Virus record (IMG/VR): IMGVR_UViG_3300047650_000023
Origin: a virus
DNA length: 64,000 bases
Reading direction: 5' to 3' (one strand)
In this document: positions 42,367 through 52,936 of the stretch, piece by piece
Numbering within the stretch: position 1 is the stretch's first letter
Layout: each line of letters opens with the position of its first letter
Made by a program: the position numbers and the translations under genes
Notes under the pieces: generated by a model
Seen by the model: only the letters and a program-made list of their open reading frames with translations
Database searches by the model: none
Told to the model about the DNA's origin: nothing

Positions 42367-42394
42367 ATTATACTCTAAATTGTGGACTTGTCAA
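42367..42394 (-). promoter_or_regulatory. Sigma-A promoter
   Basis: TTGACA-16-TATAAT, flanked by TTAATTTATTT at 42348 and 42414. Confidence 0.8.
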
Positions 42395-42413
42395 TACTAT
42401 TTCATAAGTTTTA

Positions 42414-42653
42414 TTAATTTATTTCAGCTTCCTGATAACAATCATAATATTTCGGATTTTTACTACAATGACTACATGGTGATTCGTATGTAAAATTATC
42501 CTCATAAATACATGAACCATAATCTTTATCTTGTATTAATTCTATAGTCGGAGCATCCATAATATATCCTTGACCAATAACATACATTTCAGGATCATAT
42601 TGTTTTGCATGTGCTCTTTTTTGAATAAGCGAATCTGCATCAATTAATCTCAT
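42414..42653 (-). CDS. Phage hypothetical protein (MRLIDAD type)
   Basis: MRLIDADSL...IMDAPTIE. Confidence 0.7.
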   Translation of the reverse strand: MRLIDADSLIQKRAHAKQYDPEMYVIGQGYIMDAPTIELIQDKDYGSCIYEDNFTYESPCSHCSKNPKYYDCYQEAEIN

Positions 42654-42816
42654 AATGAAGTATTCTTTAGATCACCATGAAACATTAAAACACATTTTTT
42701 AATATGCATACAATCGTTACATGTTTTACCTTTAGGCAAATTCATACACTGGTGTTGACAATTATGTATTTTATAATAATTACATCTTACACATTCCATT
42801 TAAAATTACACCTGCC

Positions 42817-43032
42817 TTATAATATTTCATCATAATGAATACATCCAAAATGATCTCTAACATAAAAAGCTGTTGTTACACCAAATTCATTTGAATAAAT
42901 CAATGAATCTTTATTAAATCCTGTTGGTTCTAATCCAACAATATCATTAACAAATTTTTTACTTTTACAATTCCCATATCCATTTTCTATTTGTTTGTAT
43001 TGTTTGCAATATTTACAGATTCCTATTAACAT
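42817..43032 (-). CDS. Small Cys-rich phage protein
   Basis: CKYCK...GNC...FGCIHY. Confidence 0.6.
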   Translation of the reverse strand: MLIGICKYCKQYKQIENGYGNCKSKKFVNDIVGLEPTGFNKDSLIYSNEFGVTTAFYVRDHFGCIHYDEIL

Positions 43033-43064
43033 AATATTTACCTCCTATAAAACAATTCTTTGGT

Positions 43065-43331
43065 TTACTCTTTGTTATATTTCCAATTCATAATGGTTTC
43101 TTCATCCCACCATGCAGATGAATAAAAAGAATCATCTGTAGAAAAGCAAACTTCTCTATGACCATCTATTCTATCTCTAAATCTGACATCAATTAAATCA
43201 ATTAAAGTAACATTTTCAAAATCTCCACAACATCCTTGTATTCTACATTTCTGTCCTATAATTGTTTTGGCTTTATCAATAAGTGCTATCGTTGTAATTT
43301 CTCTTGGTCTATATTTTCTTCTGAATACCAT
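43065..43331 (-). CDS. Hypothetical protein
   Basis: 88 aa; stop abuts motif 43047-43064. Confidence 0.6.
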   Translation of the reverse strand: MVFRRKYRPREITTIALIDKAKTIIGQKCRIQGCCGDFENVTLIDLIDVRFRDRIDGHREVCFSTDDSFYSSAWWDEETIMNWKYNKE

Positions 43332-43698
43332 AGTTTATTTTTCCTTCTTTCTTTATGCCATCAAAAAGTTATTTGATTGTATTTATTATTTAAACATATG
43401 CTTACACCATAAAGCTAATACAATTACATATATAATAAGTACACATTCAACTTCTAAAAAATACATTTATTCTCCTTTCTAACTTCACATAATACAGTGC
43501 TTTTATGAACACTTAAAAATTTTTGATAATATCAAAACATCATTTAATATAAGATTTGCAATTTCTTTTAAACTTATATCTGTTTCATCTTCTATAATAT
43601 CTTGAATATTATATTGTATATCTTTTATATTTACTTGAATTTCATCTAATTCATTATTATTAATTGTATAAATATTTTCCATGATTTATTTCCTTTCG

Positions 43699-43936
43699 TT
43701 AACATGAGACATAAATTTCACCTGTACCCACATAACACATTGTGTAGGAATTTCAGGACATATATCATCAGGGTAATAATAAATATGACCTATTACACCA
43801 TTTGGAACATAAAAAATACCAGATCCATTACAATCATCACAAATAATTTTCGTATATCCATTAACAATATTTTTCTCTTTATATGTATTTTAATTTTTAT
43901 ATCTCTATACCACCCACAATATCTAATTATTTCCAT
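43699..43936 (-). pseudogene. Probable frameshifted Zn-finger gene
   Basis: Pieces MEIIRYCGWYRDIKIK / YKEKNIVNGYTKIICDDCNGSG / GTGEIYVSC lie in three successive frames. Confidence 0.4.
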
Positions 43937-43973
43937 TTAAAATCCTTTCCAAACGGTATGTTTATGAGCATTT

Positions 43974-44174
43974 TTAATTCTTTTCATTAAAAATTAAATA
44001 CCCTCCACCCATACCTAAAATAACGCACATAATGCACTCCCACCAATAATTTACGAATAGTCTTGTATCCGTCATATCAATATGCGTAAATTTGATATAA
44101 ATCATAAATATCATAATTATAGCAAAACAAATAAGACATACTATTCCTAATATTTTCTTTAACACGTTTCTCAC
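43974..44174 (-). CDS. Small membrane protein (2 TM)
   Basis: IHMTDTRL-type 2-TM ORF. Confidence 0.6.
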   Translation of the reverse strand: MRNVLKKILGIVCLICFAIIMIFMIYIKFTHIDMTDTRLFVNYWWECIMCVILGMGGGYLIFNEKN

Positions 44175-44216
44175 CTCTTTTTATACAATCAAATGGCACT
44201 TCTATCGTAGTTTAGT

Positions 44217-45440
44217 TTAATGCCTCAAATTATGTAATTGTCTTGAACATGCTCCTAATTCTCTTTGCAGATTTTGTTGTTCCATTGGATTCCTAGAATG
44301 TCTTACCTGTCGATTTAACTGTGTCATCCTTTCTCTAATATTATCTTCTTCGGTTATTTCTCTTGGAACAGGTTGTTCTGTAATAGCGCTATAAGTGGCT
44401 TGTTGTGTTGTATCAAAAGTCCATACAGAAGATTGACATGCTCTTGATAATTCCTGAAATGCACGAGCTGTTGCATTCATATTACATGATAATGTCGGTA
44501 TTGTAAATATATCTGATTTATTAGTTTCTTTCTTTTCGGTTTTTGCTTTAAATTCTCTATCTATAATATATTCTTTCAATTTATCTGAAAATCTATTATA
44601 AATATTTTCCCATGTAACATTTTGAATATTATAGATATTAACCTCTTTAGCAAGTTCTACAAATACTTTAGTAAATTCAATAGTATTATAAAATGTATCT
44701 GTATTTAAAGTACCTTTATAAATTCTTATTTCAACAGTATCTTCATGCTGAAGATTTATAGCACCATACTTGTTAGCATTTTTAGATTTAACATACATAT
44801 CTATAGGAGTTTCGTCTTTTGTAAGATAAAATCTTTGAGCATAATGATTACTGTCACGCCTAGCCACAAGTACAACTTTCTCCCAAAACTTCTCAAATAG
44901 ATATAGTAGATTACTAATTGATAAATCTTGATATATTTTTTCATTTCCAAAATAATTTCGATTGAAATGAATATGTAAACCACAAGTACAGGTATCATGC
45001 GCTCTATATTTTTTATCAGTTAATTTTTTAAATAATTCATCATAAGGTAAACTTTTATGATAATCAAATGTCATTGGATGTGTTACTATTTCAAATCCTT
45101 GTTGTAAACTTCCATCATGCTTACAAAATACATTTCGTTCTCCCATGAAATCTACTACTTCTTTAGCAGTATTGTTATCTTTTCCGCCACAATCAATTTC
45201 TATTTCTGCTCCAAAATATAATTCTTCTTCATTTAATAATTTATGAAATATGTATTTCGGCTGATAATTCCATTGATTAATATAAGGTTTAATATCTTCA
45301 TTTCTTTCATCTATTTCATTATTAATACTATTTAGCTGATTCATACTTTCATTTTGTAATGCTAATTGACTAAGTTCAGATTCAGCTAAAGAAGGATTAT
45401 ATGTAATAAAATTAGACCTTCTACCACGAATAGTTGGCAT
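44217..45440 (-). CDS. Putative amidoligase (COOH-NH2 ligase type 2)
   Basis: FGAEIEI, KHDGSL..GFEIVTHP, TCGLHIH, KYGAIN, TVEIRIYKGTL. Confidence 0.85.
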   Translation of the reverse strand: MPTIRGRRSNFITYNPSLAESELSQLALQNESMNQLNSINNEIDERNEDIKPYINQWNYQPKYIFHKLLNEEELYFGAEIEIDCGGKDNNTAKEVVDFMGERNVFCKHDGSLQQGFEIVTHPMTFDYHKSLPYDELFKKLTDKKYRAHDTCTCGLHIHFNRNYFGNEKIYQDLSISNLLYLFEKFWEKVVLVARRDSNHYAQRFYLTKDETPIDMYVKSKNANKYGAINLQHEDTVEIRIYKGTLNTDTFYNTIEFTKVFVELAKEVNIYNIQNVTWENIYNRFSDKLKEYIIDREFKAKTEKKETNKSDIFTIPTLSCNMNATARAFQELSRACQSSVWTFDTTQQATYSAITEQPVPREITEEDNIRERMTQLNRQVRHSRNPMEQQNLQRELGACSRQLHNLRH

Positions 45441-45484
45441 CTATTTCATTCCTTTCTTTCATATTAATCAAATATAACTTTGGC

Positions 45485-45937
45485 TCACATTTGATTAACT
45501 ATCTGTTGTAATTCACTAATCTTATTTTTCAATTCTGTTTTATAATCAACAACTTGATAACTTAGACATTTTGAGCCTACCCATGCAAAAGAATTTTCTT
45601 TATATCCATATTTTTTAATCATATAATCTTGGATAAACTTAATTTTACTTGTCTTTTTAGGTATATTTGTATTGATATGATTTTTATCTAAAATATAAGT
45701 ATGGCGATAATTATTCAACATGCTATCTTCTTTAATATATATTGTATGATATGACATATCAATATTTTGAGGTATTGAAGAACTACAAACACATATAGTT
45801 ACTTCATTGTTTTTAATAGCTTGAAACATTTCATTATAAAGATTTAGTTCGTTATTAATACTTAAATATTCCTTACATATTTTTGATTGTAAAACCTCTA
45901 TATTTATATCTTTATCCATATTCGTATCCCTCACCAA
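45485..45937 (-). CDS. Hypothetical protein
   Basis: 150 aa; stop abuts motif 45467-45484. Confidence 0.6.
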   Translation of the reverse strand: MVRDTNMDKDINIEVLQSKICKEYLSINNELNLYNEMFQAIKNNEVTICVCSSSIPQNIDMSYHTIYIKEDSMLNNYRHTYILDKNHINTNIPKKTSKIKFIQDYMIKKYGYKENSFAWVGSKCLSYQVVDYKTELKNKISELQQIVNQM

Positions 45938-45950
45938 ACTAGATATTTAT

Positions 45951-46220
45951 TTATCGTACTTCTTCAAACAGTTTAATATCTGTAATAATAGTCTCACACG
46001 TAGAACCATGTTTATAATACGAATCTAACCTTATTGTATAATCATATCCATAACTACCATCATGAAAATCTTTTAAGTTTTTCGCTACTAGTGTTCCTTG
46101 AATTCTTTTTAAATGACCAACCTTAAATTCAATTCTTGAAGGAACATTATCCGAAATATTGCTATGTAATATTACAAAATTATTAATTTCTTTTATTTCG
46201 CTATCTTTCAACAGTCTCAT
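45951..46220 (-). CDS. Hypothetical protein
   Basis: 89 aa; stop abuts motif 45933-45950. Confidence 0.6.
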   Translation of the reverse strand: MRLLKDSEIKEINNFVILHSNISDNVPSRIEFKVGHLKRIQGTLVAKNLKDFHDGSYGYDYTIRLDSYYKHGSTCETIITDIKLFEEVR

Positions 46221-46383
46221 CCCTTATATAGTTTTTCTTTTCTGTTACTATATTATAATTATCACAATCACATCCCTTACATTTGCAATAATCACAAGCA
46301 ATTTTACAACATTCTTCCAATTCACAAATACCATATCCGTATGAATATGATTTATGTACACAATCAAAACAAGTAGTTCTCAT
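46201..46383 (-). CDS. Small Cys-rich protein
   Basis: 60 aa with many Cys residues. Confidence 0.5.
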   Translation of the reverse strand: MRTTCFDCVHKSYSYGYGICELEECCKIACDYCKCKGCDCDNYNIVTEKKNYIRDETVER

Positions 46384-46625
46384 TTTGTCTCCTCTAAAAA
46401 CTTTTTAAACTCTTGTTTTGTCATGTTATTTGGAGCGAAACAATTTACTACTTCGCTAAAAGGTTGCAGATATCCATCTAATATGTCATTTGCTTCTTGT
46501 TTTGCTTTTTCTACACATAAATTAATATAATCATCTTTTGTCATATTCCAATCTGTAGGACAATCTGTAATAGTAGAAAATCTACAATATAATCCATTTG
46601 GTTGTTTACTTATAAATCCACTCAT
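46380..46625 (-). CDS. Conserved phage protein
   Basis: MSGFISKQPNGLYCRFSTITDCPTDWNMTKDDYI. Confidence 0.75.
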   Translation of the reverse strand: MSGFISKQPNGLYCRFSTITDCPTDWNMTKDDYINLCVEKAKQEANDILDGYLQPFSEVVNCFAPNNMTKQEFKKFLEETK

Positions 46626-46641
46626 GTATTTTATTTCCTTT

Positions 46642-46770
46642 TCAATTTGATTTTGACTTTAAAATTTTACTTGTAATCCACTTACTCGTTGGATATGGAA
46701 TACCTTTTCTTCGTAAATTTCCATGTATTTTACCCCATGCCTTATAATATTGAATAGTTACTCTTTACAT
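46642..46770 (-). pseudogene. 42-codon basic ORF with TAA at codon 2
   Basis: SD GGTG then ATG TAA AGA GTA ACT...; frame open to TGA at 46642. Confidence 0.55.
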
Positions 46771-46791
46771 ATAATTCACCTACCATAGAAG

Positions 46792-47106
46792 TCAGAATTG
46801 ATTCACATTTTTATCTAATAGTTCAACATACTTTTTAAAATATTTCTTAAAATCATTTTCGTTATTACTTTTCAAAGATTTATTAATAAGAATATCTAAT
46901 GCTGGAATTTCAAAAGATTTAATCGCTTCTTCATTCCAAAAATGAATGGCATATGTTCCATCCATAAATCCTTCATCATAATAATCACCAACATAAATTT
47001 CACCTTTATGACCACAAATTTTACATTGTACATATTCAGTATCATATGTTGTAATTGTTTCTGGTTCTCCACCACATTTTGGACATATTAATATTTCATG
47101 ATTCAT
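46792..47106 (-). CDS. Lar-like Zn-ribbon protein
   Basis: CPKCGG...VQCKICG...AIHFWN; C-terminus encoded by motif 46785-46802. Confidence 0.6.
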   Translation of the reverse strand: MNHEILICPKCGGEPETITTYDTEYVQCKICGHKGEIYVGDYYDEGFMDGTYAIHFWNEEAIKSFEIPALDILINKSLKSNNENDFKKYFKKYVELLDKNVNQF

Positions 47107-47142
47107 TATTTTTTCCTTTCAATATCCGATAGAAGATAGCAT

Positions 47143-47352
47143 TTATGATAGTTTAAATACTATTATCATAAAAATACTTAATAACAATCCCGATATGCCT
47201 ATTAATATTTTTTGCCATTTCTTAAAATCTTCAAAACTTGCTCTTTTGGTACAAGCAAATTCTAATGTGATACGTAAAATTATTAATACTATAATTGAAG
47301 CAATTAAATATCTTGATCCAAATAAACTATCGAGCATTTTCAATTCTTTCAC
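47143..47352 (-). CDS. Small membrane protein
   Basis: 2 TM; TAA stop inside motif 47129-47146. Confidence 0.6.
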   Translation of the reverse strand: MKELKMLDSLFGSRYLIASIIVLIILRITLEFACTKRASFEDFKKWQKILIGISGLLLSIFMIIVFKLS

Positions 47353-47388
47353 TTCCTTATAGAATCACGTACTTATTCACATTATGTA

Positions 47389-47961
47389 TTAACTATTACC
47401 TGCAAAATCACCATATAATTCTTTTCTTTTCAGTTCAGCAAATTTTCCAGCTTCATTAACGTCATCAAACATTTTAATTATATGATTTTTACCATTCACT
47501 ATTATTTGAACTGACCATTTATTACAATCTTTATTCCAACATACATTTCTGTATCCACTTTTATTATTTGAATTTTTGCCTTTACGATGTTTTGTGTTTT
47601 CATCATTAACTGAAACTCTTAAATTATATTTTCGATTATTTAAGGTGTCATGATCTTCGTGATCTACTTTAATTTTTGAATCTGTTATATTCATTAATAA
47701 TCTATGCATTAATATTGTAGAATATTTTAATCTTCCTTTTTCATCATGTACCCGTTTATTCGCTTGTGCATATTTTAGTTTCTTGTCACGATTATATTTA
47801 ATAAACCAAGTCATATTGTATTTCTTTAAGCATTCTAGTCCATCTAAATCGACATAACATAAATTATCTATATCTTTCTTAGTCTCATAAATATGTATTA
47901 TTACATAGTTATCTTTGATTTCATATTTATTTAAAAATATATTATCACCTCCTCTCATCAT
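47389..47961 (-). CDS. HNH endonuclease with AP2 domain
   Basis: LMHRLLM...VDHEDHDTLNNRKYNLR and SGYRNVCWNK..KW. Confidence 0.85.
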   Translation of the reverse strand: MMRGGDNIFLNKYEIKDNYVIIHIYETKKDIDNLCYVDLDGLECLKKYNMTWFIKYNRDKKLKYAQANKRVHDEKGRLKYSTILMHRLLMNITDSKIKVDHEDHDTLNNRKYNLRVSVNDENTKHRKGKNSNNKSGYRNVCWNKDCNKWSVQIIVNGKNHIIKMFDDVNEAGKFAELKRKELYGDFAGNS

Positions 47962-47977
47962 ATATTTTATTCCTTTC

Positions 47978-48730
47978 TTATTTAATAATAACTTTAATAT
48001 TTTCAATTTCAAACATTTTACAAACCAAATATGTTGTATAACCATCAATCAAAACATAATCTGAATTAACAATAATATCATTATTAAACTTCTTATCAGT
48101 CTTATATTCTTTTACCCTATCAGCTATATTCTGTGGATTAGGTATTGTCTCAGCAAAATCATCAGAAATATGTATCTTATTTAAATTTACAAATTCCTTG
48201 ATTTGATTAAGCTTATCACATGCCATCTGTGCTTCCTCTTTAGTGGAAAACGTATTCTGTCCTGCACGATTAAAGTTTTTAATACTATTAGTAAGTTTAT
48301 ATTTAATAGTTGTAACTTCTGAGCCAATATTAATTTTCATACCAATAATCGTAAATATAGAATCTAATACTATCCATTTTTGCCTATTAGTTTCCGTATT
48401 ACCAACTCCATGACATTCAGGACAATCAATGATTTTATTGTTATATTCAATCTTCTTTTTACCATTACAAAACGAGCAAATTTTAGTGTCTTTAGTTGGA
48501 TTAATAATATAAACCTTATCACCTTTTATAAATTTAGATTGAATTGAAAGTGTATTCATTTTATCTTCTCCTTCGTTTATTTTATACCATGATCCATCTT
48601 TTATAAATTTATCAACCGAATCAGAATCATATTCTCTATAATGGTCTTTTTCCCATGTAACACTAAATTTATTATCTCCTACATATTCCGCTACAAACAA
48701 AATATTTGTACTATCATTCTTAACTTTAAA
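47978..48730 (-). CDS. Apparent two-gene fusion with DnaJ-like Zn finger and ParB-like C-terminus
   Basis: CSFCNG..CPECHGVG; IIVNSDYVLIDGYTTY; internal SD AAGGAG plus ATG at MNTLSIQ; start position approximate. Confidence 0.55.
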   Translation of the reverse strand, partial: FKVKNDSTNILFVAEYVGDNKFSVTWEKDHYREYDSDSVDKFIKDGSWYKINEGEDKMNTLSIQSKFIKGDKVYIINPTKDTKICSFCNGKKKIEYNNKIIDCPECHGVGNTETNRQKWIVLDSIFTIIGMKINIGSEVTTIKYKLTNSIKNFNRAGQNTFSTKEEAQMACDKLNQIKEFVNLNKIHISDDFAETIPNPQNIADRVKEYKTDKKFNNDIIVNSDYVLIDGYTTYLVCKMFEIENIKVIIK

Positions 48731-48817
48731 CGTAAATTTTTTATTCATAATACTTTCTCCTTTATATTTAATATATAAAACTACCATAAAACTGGAAATT
48801 TATAAGGTGTTTATGTA

Positions 48818-49447
48818 TTAACCCTCACAATACTGCCAGTGAAGTTTCTCGCCTGTCACAGGATGTTTACCTGCTGATTGACGCTTACCCCTACAACATT
48901 CAGAAATATGATCACATCTAATTTTCAATTCTTTCCCTGCAATTTTTAAACTATCGAATACTTTATCTAGCTCAACGCAATAAGGTTTTTTAATTTCTTT
49001 ATTTACTAGTGTTTCATCTACATTATCATTATGTATTACATCATCATATTCAGATTCATTAATTAAATCATCAATTGTAATTACATTATTCCATATATCA
49101 CCGTAAGCAATCCGTCCAAGCATAGGAATAACATCTTTAATTTCATTTCTATCTTTTCGTCTAATAATTGCTTTAATTTCTTTATCAGCGTATACTCTTG
49201 CTTCTGATTTAATATTTTCCCAACTACTATGAGAAAAGAGGACTGAAATATTATTAGGAAACTCGTTATGTATTATTTTGCTATCTTCAAAAAATTCAAT
49301 CAATCGTGTTGGTATTACTTCACTATGCGTATTGTTATCTATATAAGAGAAATACAAATCTCCAAAGTCCATAGTGTTTGTTATTCGATACTGATCACCA
49401 CTTTTTTCATTAGTCTCAAGAGCTACTGTATAATTATTAAATGACAT
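48818..49447 (-). CDS. Hypothetical protein with C-terminal NUMOD1-like domain
   Basis: CVELDKVFDSL..AG...ISECCRGKRQSAGKHP. Confidence 0.65.
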   Translation of the reverse strand: MSFNNYTVALETNEKSGDQYRITNTMDFGDLYFSYIDNNTHSEVIPTRLIEFFEDSKIIHNEFPNNISVLFSHSSWENIKSEARVYADKEIKAIIRRKDRNEIKDVIPMLGRIAYGDIWNNVITIDDLINESEYDDVIHNDNVDETLVNKEIKKPYCVELDKVFDSLKIAGKELKIRCDHISECCRGKRQSAGKHPVTGEKLHWQYCEG

Positions 49448-49750
49448 TATTTATACCTCTTTCATATTTAATTTATTGTTACTATTTTTACTTTCAATTT
49501 CCTTAATTGTCTCTTGAAGTATTAGCTCAAACTTCTTGTCCCATTGTTGGCTCGGTTTTCTAAATTTATTATGCTGCATTTTGCTTTACTCCTTTCGATA
49601 TTATATTAAACACTTTACATTTCGTCTTATGGTTACTAAGAATATCATTAATAATAACCCTTGATAAATTAGTATTCTTGTTCCGATGTTTTAGTAGATT
49701 GTACTTGTAATGCTTCATACATATCCTTTCAAATTTATATTTTTTGATAG

Positions 49751-50197
49751 TTAAGCATGTAGTTTATTCCAATAAGTTTCTTGCTTTCCATATACTATAC
49801 CTAGTACTTTTAAAGTTGATAGTTGACTTTCTGGAATATAACAGCCACCAAAGTGAATATATGAATCACTTACAGTGACTTGCTTTCCCCAATTACAATC
49901 ATAACAAATAGCATTATCATCAATATAAGCTTTCCAGCAAGGTACACGTTGCTTTAGATGGTTAAGGCTCTGATTGTCTTTATAACCTTCGATGAAAACC
50001 CATATACCTTGTTTAAAGTCGTTATAGTGTTCTTTATAAAACATAATCCGTTTTTTATGCTGTTCAAGTATTATAGTTCGTAAATGCAAAGGATAGTCAA
50101 AAATATTAAATTCGTTTAATTCATAATTAACTCCATCTAAATGATAAAATTGATATTGTGGTTTAAAACCATCAATTGAATAACGAATTATGTACAT
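49751..50197 (-). CDS. Hypothetical protein
   Basis: 148 aa; first gene after promoter 50271-50298 and motif 50221. Confidence 0.65.
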   Translation of the reverse strand: MYIIRYSIDGFKPQYQFYHLDGVNYELNEFNIFDYPLHLRTIILEQHKKRIMFYKEHYNDFKQGIWVFIEGYKDNQSLNHLKQRVPCWKAYIDDNAICYDCNWGKQVTVSDSYIHFGGCYIPESQLSTLKVLGIVYGKQETYWNKLHA

Positions 50198-50270
50198 AAT
50201 ATTATCCTTTCATACTGTTAATAAAATTTCACTTTTATCGGCTTATTAATTTATTTCTTCTTCTGTTAAA

Positions 50271-50298
50271 ATTATAGCACAAATAATTCCTTTGTCAA
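50271..50298 (-). promoter_or_regulatory. Sigma-A promoter heading the accessory array
   Basis: TTGACA-16-TATAAT, with TTAATTTATTT at 50246 and 50318. Confidence 0.8.
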
Positions 50299-50347
50299 TA
50301 CATATTTGTATAAATAATTAATTTATTTCACTCTAAATATTATGTAG

Positions 50348-50373
50348 GGTTGAGAGCATTTCTACTCTCAACC
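50348..50373 (-). terminator. Hairpin after the DUF262 gene
   Basis: GGTTGAGAG-8nt-CTCTCAACC; weak U-tract. Confidence 0.6.
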
Positions 50374-50384
50374 TATAAATTTTA

Positions 50385-51770
50385 TTAAATTGTTAATTGC
50401 TCATTTTCTTGATTAGGTGTCTCATTTGGAATATCATCATTACCTTGTTTACTATCGTCTACATTAGCCTCAGAACCGCTTGTATCAGCTTTAATATTAG
50501 TAGTAATATCAATTAACGTCTCACCTTTTAATCCAGCTAATGCTTCATTAATGGCTTGTAAACGTTTTTCAATATTCTCTTGATCTCCACTCTTATTACC
50601 ACGATGTCCTAAACCATCAATAAATTGTGAAGACGGTTCTTTAAAGAATTTGAATACCCAATCGGAAAATACTTCCACTGGAATATTATTTTTATAAGCT
50701 TGAATTGCGCCCCAAAACAATGCAGTTTGATATGGTTTTTTACCTTTAAACAATGGTATTACAAATAATTGATAATTCTTGATTTTTTTCTTAGTCTCTG
50801 TAGTGTCGGTTTTTTTCTTATGCTTAATAAATATATCAATTGCATTACTTAAATATTTACTTGCATTACGAATATCTAATTCGATATCTTGCGGTATTCC
50901 TTTTGCTCCATCTAATCTTGTATCATCTGTTTCGATAATATCATCAGTATCTTGAATCTCATTATTCGTAGCTTCATCTTTCTGTCTGAAATCACTTATT
51001 GCACTATTAATAATCTTTTTTGAAAGATTGGTTTTCCCATTATGATATAATAACGTCATAATTTGAAGTAATAAATTTAATCCATAATTTCCACCAACAG
51101 AATCAACTGTCATCATATGATATATCCATTTTTCATTGAGTATATCATCTAATACACCCAAAGTCTTATCGTCAATCATATTTCTTTGCTTATCAACATC
51201 TGTTAATGCTAATGTCCCTTCTGAATAAGTCACGAAAAGATTTTTTGCTTCTCTTTCTGAACAATTATTAAATATTAATATTCTAATATCAACATTTAAT
51301 ATTCTTTCTTGAATTTCTTTTGGTAATTCAGAAAAATATTTTCCATTTAAATCATCTGCTGTATATTCTTCATTATCAATTTTAAATGTTTGATATAAAG
51401 AATCAGATAGATTTAATTTAAACTTATTATGAACAAAAAAGAAAAAAGAAGTTGTTCTTTGCTGTCCTTCAAATATTTTAATTTCAACACTTTCAGAATC
51501 TGACCTATATGCAAAAACTTCTGGTACTGTAGATTTTTTGAAAGCAGTATACATTATTAAATTTGTCGCGCGTGGAGGTTTATAGACATATCTGCGTTGA
51601 GTTCTCATATATTTTTTTGGTTGCAAGACAATACCTTTCTTTGCAGCCTCACTAATATTAAAATTTTGAGCATCTTTTCCTGGTATTATGTGCTGATTCT
51701 CTATTTCAGTACATAAATATCCAACCTTCATAGTTGTTGGTTCTAAAGTATATGACATAATAATTTTCAC
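50385..51770 (-). CDS. DUF262/ParB-like domain protein (SPbeta YopQ-like)
   Basis: QRRYVY...NLI...VPEVF...IFEGQQRTTS; size and position next to the recombinase-fold gene. Confidence 0.7.
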   Translation of the reverse strand: MKIIMSYTLEPTTMKVGYLCTEIENQHIIPGKDAQNFNISEAAKKGIVLQPKKYMRTQRRYVYKPPRATNLIMYTAFKKSTVPEVFAYRSDSESVEIKIFEGQQRTTSFFFFVHNKFKLNLSDSLYQTFKIDNEEYTADDLNGKYFSELPKEIQERILNVDIRILIFNNCSEREAKNLFVTYSEGTLALTDVDKQRNMIDDKTLGVLDDILNEKWIYHMMTVDSVGGNYGLNLLLQIMTLLYHNGKTNLSKKIINSAISDFRQKDEATNNEIQDTDDIIETDDTRLDGAKGIPQDIELDIRNASKYLSNAIDIFIKHKKKTDTTETKKKIKNYQLFVIPLFKGKKPYQTALFWGAIQAYKNNIPVEVFSDWVFKFFKEPSSQFIDGLGHRGNKSGDQENIEKRLQAINEALAGLKGETLIDITTNIKADTSGSEANVDDSKQGNDDIPNETPNQENEQLTI

Positions 51771-51839
51771 CTTTCATTTCATAAAATTATACGAATTAAT
51801 TATAATATTTTAATAATATAATCATCAAGAAAACACTAA

Positions 51840-52892
51840 TTATTCCTTATAAAAACACATTTTCCAGTTATGATAATCATCATATAAATTAAATAAACTT
51901 GAAGTAGAATAATTATATTTTTCTGCTAATTTTTCTAATTCATTAAGCATTCCGCTATCAAGTTTAATATTATTTTCCTTTTCAAATAAATAAATATTAT
52001 AATAGAATCCTGAATCTTTAATGTTTTCATAAGAAAACGAATGTTTATAATACTTATTATCTTTAGCTTTTTCATTTTCATTAGCTTTACTTATAAAAAG
52101 ACTAATTTTTGATCGCATATTAGCAACAGAAAATGCTCTTGTAACTACATTTGTTTCTTGAACTGGTCTTAAAACATAATCAGTATTTTGATAAGTGAAC
52201 CCCCCTTGCCCTTGAAAACTGCTAGTGCTAAACCCTTCTGAATTAACAAATGACATCAAAAAATTAGCAACAGTATCATTAATCTTAAATTCTTTGTTAT
52301 TTGTTCTAATAATTTTATTCATATAATCAATTTCATTTTTTTGTAGATTACAGGTTTCCTCAAAAGTTAAACCTGCATTTGCTAAATAAAATGTTGCTCT
52401 AATAGTTTCAAATTGTTGTATTTCCGTATAATTATAAAAATCAATAACAGAATTAATTCCATTATCCAAATCATCAAAATCTTTGAAATACGTTTTTAAA
52501 ATAACATTATCAAGCGTGTCTGACATTATAACATCGTCTTTTGAAATCTCTTTAAACATTTTAATTGAATCATAATTTATTAAATCTTGAGACATACTCC
52601 ATTCAAAATATTTTTTAAGAACATTCTTCTTATTATAAAACGAACTAACCTTGGTTAATTTTAAACTTTTAAACCACTCTGATATTTCAATAATATTAAA
52701 CATGTTAATATCTTTATTATATTTTCTTTCAATATCACCACAAGATCTGAAAAACCTAATTATATTTGTCCTTGAAACTGGTTCTTGATCACCATAGTAT
52801 TCTTCTATAAATTCCATCTTTTGTTTGGTATTGTAAATTAGATCAAAATTTTCTTTAGGAATTCCATATTCTTTAATATAATTCTCAAACAT
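51840..52892 (-). CDS. Tyrosine-recombinase-fold protein with degenerate active site (MrpR/YopR-like repressor candidate)
   Basis: N-terminal core-binding region (KKNVLKKYFEW), box I GLTFEE (Arg lost), box II ENIKDSG (HxxR lost). Confidence 0.7.
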   Translation of the reverse strand: MFENYIKEYGIPKENFDLIYNTKQKMEFIEEYYGDQEPVSRTNIIRFFRSCGDIERKYNKDINMFNIIEISEWFKSLKLTKVSSFYNKKNVLKKYFEWSMSQDLINYDSIKMFKEISKDDVIMSDTLDNVILKTYFKDFDDLDNGINSVIDFYNYTEIQQFETIRATFYLANAGLTFEETCNLQKNEIDYMNKIIRTNNKEFKINDTVANFLMSFVNSEGFSTSSFQGQGGFTYQNTDYVLRPVQETNVVTRAFSVANMRSKISLFISKANENEKAKDNKYYKHSFSYENIKDSGFYYNIYLFEKENNIKLDSGMLNELEKLAEKYNYSTSSLFNLYDDYHNWKMCFYKE

Positions 52893-52936
52893 ATCAAATT
52901 CTCCTCAATAAATTATATTTTATTATCACACCTTTT

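Noticed and set aside
51840-52892. Active prophage integrase
   Set aside because: The catalytic Arg and HxxR positions appear substituted, and no att site or host junction is adjacent.
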